Below, in pieces: positions 58,639 through 64,000 of a DNA stretch of 64,000 nucleotides. Source of the stretch: Vicinamibacterales bacterium (GTDB taxonomy: Bacteria; Acidobacteriota; Vicinamibacteria; Vicinamibacterales; UBA2999); contig DASROF010000027.1 in the NCBI GenBank assembly GCA_035647075.1, positions 466-64,465 on the forward strand. Direction: 5' to 3'. Below the pieces are notes generated by a model. It made no database searches, was not told the origin of the DNA, and saw nothing but the letters and a program-made list of their open reading frames with translations. The translations under genes were made by a program, and so were the position numbers. Position 1 is the first letter of the stretch; each line of letters begins with the position of its first letter.

Positions 58639-58789
58639 ACCGTGCTCCTTCGCCGTTGCTCGTACCAGGCGGACTTCATGCGACGCGATCACGGTAGCGT
58701 CCGGCTCGAACCGCCTCTATGCAGTTCCGGTTTTCGCGTCTGCCGCTTTCGCATAGAACGAGCCCGGCGGCGGCCCCACACTGCCTGCG

Positions 58790-61129
58790 ATGGAAGGGAC
58801 CATGCCCATGCGCAGGTGGAGTCGGCGCGGCCGTCAGGCGGCCGCGTGGGCGGCGATCGGTTCGATGCTGGCGATGCCGATCGGCACCTCCGCGAATCGC
58901 ATGCAGACACCCGCGGCAAAGCCCGCCGCAGGCGCTCCGGCTGCTCCCGCGGACGGCGAGTGGCCGCGGCGCTATGTCGGCTCCGATCAGTCGGTGGTCA
59001 TCGTCTATGAGCCGCAGGTCGTCGACTGGCCGCAGCAGAAACTCCTGACCCTGTACACGGCGATGTCCTATACGGCGCCTGGCGCCGACAAGCCGCTGCT
59101 CGGGACCATCAAGGCCGAGGCCGACACCCGCGTCTCGCTCGAACAACGTCTCGTCGACTTTTCCTCCTTCCGTATTCTCGAATCGAACTTTCCGCAGTCG
59201 ACGAAGGAGCAGGCCGGCGCCGCCGTCGCCGCCCTGAAAGCGAACATGCCGTTGGGCGAGCGTGTAATCGCGCTCGATCGCGTGCTCGAATACGTCAACA
59301 CCAGCAGCATCAACCCGAGGAACGCTGCCGGCATCAAGGCCGACCCGCCGACCATCTTCTACAGTGCGGCGCCGGCAGTGATGGTGAACCTCGACGGCGA
59401 CCCGATCTGGAGCCCGATCCAGAACAACGAGCTGCGCTTCGCGGTCAACACCAACTGGGATCTGTTCGAGTATCCGCCGTCGAAGACGCTCTATCTCCGC
59501 AACGACAAACAGTGGCTGCAGGCGCCGTCGATCAAAGGGCCATGGACGATCGCGCGCACGCTGCCCGACAGCTTCGGCCGGTTGCCGGCTGACGAGAACT
59601 GGAAGGATGTGCGCGAGGCAATTCCGGCGCGTGGCACCTCCGCCATTCCAAAGGTTTTCGTCAGCACGACGCCGGCCGAATTGATCCTCGTGAAGGGCAT
59701 GCCGCAGTACCAGGCCGTCCCCGGGACGAAGCTTCTCTGGCTGCGCAACACGGACGCCGACGTCTTCCGCCTCGGAGCGAACGGACCGGTGTATTACCTC
59801 GTGGCTGGACGCTGGTTCTCGTCGCCGGGCTTCGACGGTCCGTGGACCTTCGCCACGACCATGCTGCCCGACGACTTCCGGCGGATTCCTCTGGAGCACG
59901 AGCGATCGCGCGTGCTTGCCTCCGTTCCGGGTACGCCGCAGGCCGCTGAAGCCGTTCTCCTTGCAGAGATTCCACAGACTGCACGCGTGAGCCGGAAGGA
60001 GGTGCAGGCGCCCGACGTCAGTTATCAGGGCACGCCGCAATTCACCCCTGTGTCAGCGACGACAGTGTCTCGTGCGGTCAACACCGACAAGGACGTCATT
60101 CGGGTTGGCGATCGCTACTACCTCTGCTACCAGGGAGTCTGGTTCGTCGCGAATGCGGCGGAAGGTCCGTGGCAGGTGACCGGCTCGATTCCTTCCGAGA
60201 TTTACCAGATTCCCATCAGCGATCCGCTGAACCACGTCACCTACGTCACCGTCGAAAGTCAGGACGACGAGTGGGTCGAGTACGCCGCGGCCGCCGGCTA
60301 CCTGGGAGTCATGACCGCGTGGGGCTGTGCCGTCTGGGGAACCGGGTGGTACTACCCGCCTTACGTCGGCTACGGCGGCTTCTATCCGGCCTACTTCCCC
60401 AGGTTTCCAACCTACGGATATGGGTCCTGGTACAACCCGTGGACCGGATCCTTCGGTCGCGCGGCAACAGCGTACGGTCCCTACGGTGGCGCGGGAATCG
60501 GTGCGCGCTACAACGCGCGAACCGGTACCTACTCACGCGGAGCGGTTGCCTATGGGCCGGCGGGCGCCCGCGGTGTCGCAGGTGCGTATAACCCGCGAAC
60601 GGGCGCGTACGGCGCGACGCGGCAGGGGGCCAGCGTCTATGGCAGCTGGGGCGCGACGGGTGTCCGTCGAGGCGATGAGTGGGCGGCGACGGCGCGAGCC
60701 ACCAGCAACAGGACGGGCGCTACCACTCGCGTCACGCGCACCGACGAAGGCGGCGTGGTCACACGGCGCGGCGCCAACGGCGGCGTTGTCGCCTCCAGCG
60801 GTGAAGGTGTGTTTGCCGGACGCGACGGCAATGTGTACCGCAAGCAGGGCGACTCCTGGCAGAAGTACGACAACGGTTCCTGGAACAGCATGGATCGGTC
60901 GGCGGTGGGAACGTCAGGAGGGCGGGACCGAGTCCAGGACGGCAGTTTGTCCCGTCCGGATTCGGCGACGGTCGGACAACTCAACAGTGATTTCAACGCG
61001 CGGCGGGACGGCGGACAACGTGCCCGCGATGCGTCAACCTTCGGCGGCGGTGGTGGCGGGTCGCGCGCGGGCAGCTTCAGGCCCAGTGGCGGCGGCGGGT
61101 TCCGGGGCGGCGGTGGCCGCCGGCGCTGA
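58790..61129 (+). CDS. Large secreted hypothetical protein with repeated W..A....GPW modules and Gly/Tyr/Arg-rich tail
   Basis: Signal peptide; WPRRY...YEPQVVDW; three GPW repeats; WYYPPY region; disordered G/R C-terminus. Confidence 0.8.
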   Translation: MEGTMPMRRWSRRGRQAAAWAAIGSMLAMPIGTSANRMQTPAAKPAAGAPAAPADGEWPRRYVGSDQSVVIVYEPQVVDWPQQKLLTLYTAMSYTAPGADKPLLGTIKAEADTRVSLEQRLVDFSSFRILESNFPQSTKEQAGAAVAALKANMPLGERVIALDRVLEYVNTSSINPRNAAGIKADPPTIFYSAAPAVMVNLDGDPIWSPIQNNELRFAVNTNWDLFEYPPSKTLYLRNDKQWLQAPSIKGPWTIARTLPDSFGRLPADENWKDVREAIPARGTSAIPKVFVSTTPAELILVKGMPQYQAVPGTKLLWLRNTDADVFRLGANGPVYYLVAGRWFSSPGFDGPWTFATTMLPDDFRRIPLEHERSRVLASVPGTPQAAEAVLLAEIPQTARVSRKEVQAPDVSYQGTPQFTPVSATTVSRAVNTDKDVIRVGDRYYLCYQGVWFVANAAEGPWQVTGSIPSEIYQIPISDPLNHVTYVTVESQDDEWVEYAAAAGYLGVMTAWGCAVWGTGWYYPPYVGYGGFYPAYFPRFPTYGYGSWYNPWTGSFGRAATAYGPYGGAGIGARYNARTGTYSRGAVAYGPAGARGVAGAYNPRTGAYGATRQGASVYGSWGATGVRRGDEWAATARATSNRTGATTRVTRTDEGGVVTRRGANGGVVASSGEGVFAGRDGNVYRKQGDSWQKYDNGSWNSMDRSAVGTSGGRDRVQDGSLSRPDSATVGQLNSDFNARRDGGQRARDASTFGGGGGGSRAGSFRPSGGGGFRGGGGRRR

Positions 61130-61165
61130 AACGTCGAGCGAATCGCCCTTCGAGAGGACTTCCCG

Positions 61166-61417
61166 ATGATCGTCACCACGGTCGTCCCATACGGTGTCGG
61201 GCCCGGACCCGACACCGATTCCGACCTGATCCTGCGCCTTAGTGCAGAGTTTCACGAGATGCCGGACCTGGTAATTACGGTTGGCGAGGCCTCCAGGCTC
61301 TTTGCTGTCGAGCGCTCCCGCTGCCGACGTATACTCGACACGCTGGTCACCAGGGGTGTGCTCACCACGGACGGACGGGTCTTTACCCGGGCGGGCACCG
61401 GACGCCGTTCCACTTAA
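61166..61417 (+). CDS. Small winged-helix-like hypothetical protein
   Basis: RLSAEFHEMPDLVITVGEASRLFAVERSRCRRILDTLVTRGVL has a wHTH pattern; GAGG SD. Confidence 0.7.
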   Translation: MIVTTVVPYGVGPGPDTDSDLILRLSAEFHEMPDLVITVGEASRLFAVERSRCRRILDTLVTRGVLTTDGRVFTRAGTGRRST

Positions 61418-61431
61418 TTCGAAGGTAATCC

Positions 61432-62064
61432 ATGGCCGCGCCACGCGTCGTGATCGTGGACGATCACACGCTGCTGAACGAAGCGTTCCGTCGACTGCTC
61501 GAGCCGGAATGCGAGGTGGTCGGCACCTACGACGATCCGCACGAATTTCTCCGTGACGTGGGTCGGTTGCGTCCGGACGTGGCGGTGCTCGACATCTCCA
61601 TGCCCAGGCTGAACGGGCTCGACGCCGCCCGCGAGCTCCGCCGGCTGCTGCCCTCCACCCGCATCATTTTCCTGACGATGAACGAGGACCCGGATGTTGC
61701 GGCGGAGGCGTTCCGCCTTGGAGCCTCGGGGTACTTGCTGAAGCGATCCGCGGCCTCTGAACTGCCGTCGGCCGTCGGTGAGGTGATGAACCAGCGGTAC
61801 TACATTACGCCGTTACTCACTCGTGACCTCGTGGGTTCATTCGTTCAGCCGCATGAAGCGCGGAAGCCGATCTACCAGTTGACGCCGCGTCAGCGCGAGG
61901 TGCTGCAGCTGCTCGCCGAAGGTAATTCGATGAAGCAGGCCGCGGCGATTCTGCATGTCTCACCGCGCACGGTCGCGTTCCACAAGTACCGCATGATGGA
62001 ACACCTGCGGGTCAATTCGACCGCCGCCCTCGTGCAATTCGCCGTTCGCGAAGGCCTGATCTAA
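61432..62064 (+). CDS. NarL/FixJ-family response regulator (REC + LuxR HTH)
   Basis: IVDDH, VLDISMP, FLTM, YLLK; LTPRQREVLQLLAEG.SMKQAA..L.VSPRTVAFHK. Confidence 0.96.
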   Translation: MAAPRVVIVDDHTLLNEAFRRLLEPECEVVGTYDDPHEFLRDVGRLRPDVAVLDISMPRLNGLDAARELRRLLPSTRIIFLTMNEDPDVAAEAFRLGASGYLLKRSAASELPSAVGEVMNQRYYITPLLTRDLVGSFVQPHEARKPIYQLTPRQREVLQLLAEGNSMKQAAAILHVSPRTVAFHKYRMMEHLRVNSTAALVQFAVREGLI

Positions 62065-62227
62065 CCGATCACCGGCTTCCGAACCGTTCGACAGTACCAG
62101 TCGGCTCACCTTCCTCGCCCCGAGACCTGCTGTGCAAAGTACCAGCAGGGTGCGCGCATTTTTTTCGCCGTGAACCGGGTGATCGCCGAGTTCCCACGTG
62201 CCGGCTCGGGATCGTACGGTGTCGGGC

Positions 62228-62602
62228 ATGCCAGTTATCCATCATGTGCCGCGCGCCGAAATCGTCGCCCGCGTCAACGAGTTCCTCCGCCGCAACCTGG
62301 GGGAGCCGGTCACCGTCACCGAACTGAGCCGCGTCGCCGGAGTCAGTGAGCGCACGCTTCGCGCAGCGTTCCATGACGTCGTCGGTGTCAGTCCGAAACA
62401 GCACATGCTCCGTGAACGTCTCCGTGCCGCCCGCGCCGCTCTACGCGCCGCTGCTCCGGGCACGACGACCGTCACGGACGTCGCGATGTCGTACGGGTTC
62501 TTCGAACTCGGACGCTTCGCCGGCCGCTACCGCCACACATTCGGCGAAGCACCGTCACGGACACTGCGCCTGCGTCACGAGGTCGACGTCAAAATTGCGT
62601 AG
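62228..62602 (+). CDS. Stand-alone AraC-type HTH regulator (no ligand-binding domain)
   Basis: ELSRVAGVSERTL...GVSPKQH...TVTDVAMSYGFFELGRFAGRYRHTFGEAPSRTL; about 124 aa. Confidence 0.88.
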   Translation: MPVIHHVPRAEIVARVNEFLRRNLGEPVTVTELSRVAGVSERTLRAAFHDVVGVSPKQHMLRERLRAARAALRAAAPGTTTVTDVAMSYGFFELGRFAGRYRHTFGEAPSRTLRLRHEVDVKIA

Positions 62603-62626
62603 TCACGACACGGGTAGGGTGGGCCA

Positions 62627-63031
62627 ATGCATCTGTCAGGACCAGTCGTCGACACGATTGCCGACTACCTCACGATCGTCGTGCTGGTGGTTGTCCCGCC
62701 GGTGCTCATCTATCTCTTCTGGATTGTCCACATCATGCCGGAAAAGATTGCGGAGCGACGCGGGCACCCGCAGCTTGACGCGATCAAGACGCTCTGCCTG
62801 CTGTCGCTCGTGTTCGGCGGCCTCCTCTGGCCGATTGCATGGCTGTGGGCGTTCTCGAGGCCGGTAATGCACCAGATGGCCTACGGAACTGACCGCATCC
62901 CGCACGACAAGAAGGGCGGTGACGGAGGCGACGCGGGCCCGCGTCCCGTCACCGGAGGTGACGGGGGCGCATCGCCAGCAGCCGCGGAGGCCGTGAATGT
63001 GAAAAGACCGGCCGCCGCCTTGAGGGATTGA
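62627..63031 (+). CDS. DUF3302 (YiaW/YibI-like) membrane protein
   Basis: HIMPEKIAERRGHPQLDAIKTLCLLSLVFGGLLWPIAWLWAF. Confidence 0.85.
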   Translation: MHLSGPVVDTIADYLTIVVLVVVPPVLIYLFWIVHIMPEKIAERRGHPQLDAIKTLCLLSLVFGGLLWPIAWLWAFSRPVMHQMAYGTDRIPHDKKGGDGGDAGPRPVTGGDGGASPAAAEAVNVKRPAAALRD

Positions 63032-63032
63032 C

Positions 63033-64000
63033 ATGGAAATCCTGCTGCTCGGCATCTACTCCTTTTTCGTCTGGCTGGTGTTCTTCAAGTTCAAGTGGCT
63101 GGCCTGGACGACGACCGCCGCGGTGATCGTCATCACCATTCCGATCATCGGTCTCGCAACGCTGATACTGCTGCTCAACGTCGTGGCTCCGTCGGCGCTC
63201 GACGTGCAAGTGGTGAAGTACGTCGTGCAGGTCCTGCCGCGCGTCACCGGCCGTGTCATTGAGGTCCCGGTGGAACCGAATCGTCTGGTGCGACGTGGCG
63301 AGCTGTTGTTTCGCATCGATCCGCGCCCGTTCGAGTACGAAGTCGACCGGCTACGCGCGCTGCTCGCGTCGACCGCGGCGGACGTTGCCGCGCAGCGCGA
63401 GGATCTCCGCGCCGCCGAGGCGCAAATCGACGTGTCAGCGAATCATGTGACGTCGATCGGAAGTTCGATTGAGGCAAGCCGCGCGCGGCTCGCGCTCGCC
63501 GAACTGCGCGTGGGGCAGACGAAACAGCTCGCGTCGACCGGCGCCGGCGATGCCTTCGAGGCGCAGCGCTGGGAGTCGGACGTCGCACAGCAGCGCGCCG
63601 ATCTCGGCGCCTTGATACCGCAGCTGTCTGCCGCAGAAAAGGAAGTAACCGCCAGTCGCGCCAAGGCCTCGTCAGTACGGGAACGTGTCAGTGCGATGTC
63701 AGGCCACGAGCAGGCCAGGGTGGCGGAAATCCGCGCGCAGCTGAAGGACGCTGAGTGGAAGCTCGAAGAAACGGCCGTCTACGCACCCGCGGATGGGCAC
63801 GTGATCAATTTGCAGTTGCGGCCCGGTTCGACGGTGTCGCAGCTGCCACTGAATCCAGTGATGTCGTTTGTCGAACAGGACGAGGTCATCCTCGCGATGT
63901 TCTGGCAGAACGAGTTGCGCGCGGTCGAACCCGGCAACGAAGCGGAGCTGGCGCTCACCACGTATCCCGGCCGGATCATCAAGGCCCGGGTCGACTCGAT
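63033..64000 (+). CDS. HlyD-family membrane fusion protein (YiaV/YibH-like), truncated by window end
   Basis: Not in the ORF track (open-ended). ATG 63033 gives MEILLLGIYSFFVWLVFFKFKWL...LPRVTGRVIEVPV...LFRIDPRPFE...coiled coil...APADGHVINLQLRPG. Confidence 0.92.
   Translation, partial: MEILLLGIYSFFVWLVFFKFKWLAWTTTAAVIVITIPIIGLATLILLLNVVAPSALDVQVVKYVVQVLPRVTGRVIEVPVEPNRLVRRGELLFRIDPRPFEYEVDRLRALLASTAADVAAQREDLRAAEAQIDVSANHVTSIGSSIEASRARLALAELRVGQTKQLASTGAGDAFEAQRWESDVAQQRADLGALIPQLSAAEKEVTASRAKASSVRERVSAMSGHEQARVAEIRAQLKDAEWKLEETAVYAPADGHVINLQLRPGSTVSQLPLNPVMSFVEQDEVILAMFWQNELRAVEPGNEAELALTTYPGRIIKARVDS

Noticed and set aside
62065-62602. AraC gene as a truncated pseudogene
   Set aside because: Only about 160 bp separate it from the upstream gene, with no remnant sensor domain, and both HTH motifs are intact.

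Overview
High-GC, gene-dense chromosomal window. Gene content (Acidobacteria-type VWA proteins, kinase plus PD40 propeller, sulfatase-TPR, GRG-rich secreted proteins) suggests Acidobacteriota, probably Vicinamibacteria; this taxonomy is inferred, not searched. No rRNA, tRNA, CRISPR, IS or prophage was seen. Blocks: (1) divergent pyrimidine cluster pyrF-pyrD <> pyrR-pyrB-pyrC-(divergent pyrE-like)-VanZ-like-TIGR02757, with a PyrR-binding hairpin that sequesters the pyrR ribosome-binding site; (2) tolC-GT2-GT4; (3) pyrE-truA-uppS-cdsA-dxr-rseP plus a VirB10-like secreted protein; (4) VWA-VWA-ccsA-hemA-hemC-cobA/hemD-hemB-hemL, divergent from an Fo-only ATP synthase operon (atpZ-I-B-E-F) with a Rex-like operator between them; (5) cupredoxin lipoprotein-ctaA-ctaB-DUF420 and TPR proteins; (6) M23, waaL <> wzm-wzt-GT2; (7) Ser/Thr kinase, iorAB-like molybdoenzyme, GSDH-like protein, GT87, atypical pyruvate kinase, AKR; (8) a terminal regulatory/envelope island (PAS histidine kinase, beta-barrel, 779-aa secreted protein, small wHTH, NarL-type regulator, stand-alone AraC HTH, DUF3302, HlyD). 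Most notable: the PyrR element, the Rex-like box, an atypical Fo c/a interface (Q54-E61-E68 stripe), several apparent pseudoenzymes (pyrE-like, SUMT, sulfatase, GSDH), frequent leaderless promoters, and the uncharacterised envelope island. All family assignments come from motif recognition by eye; no database searches were run.
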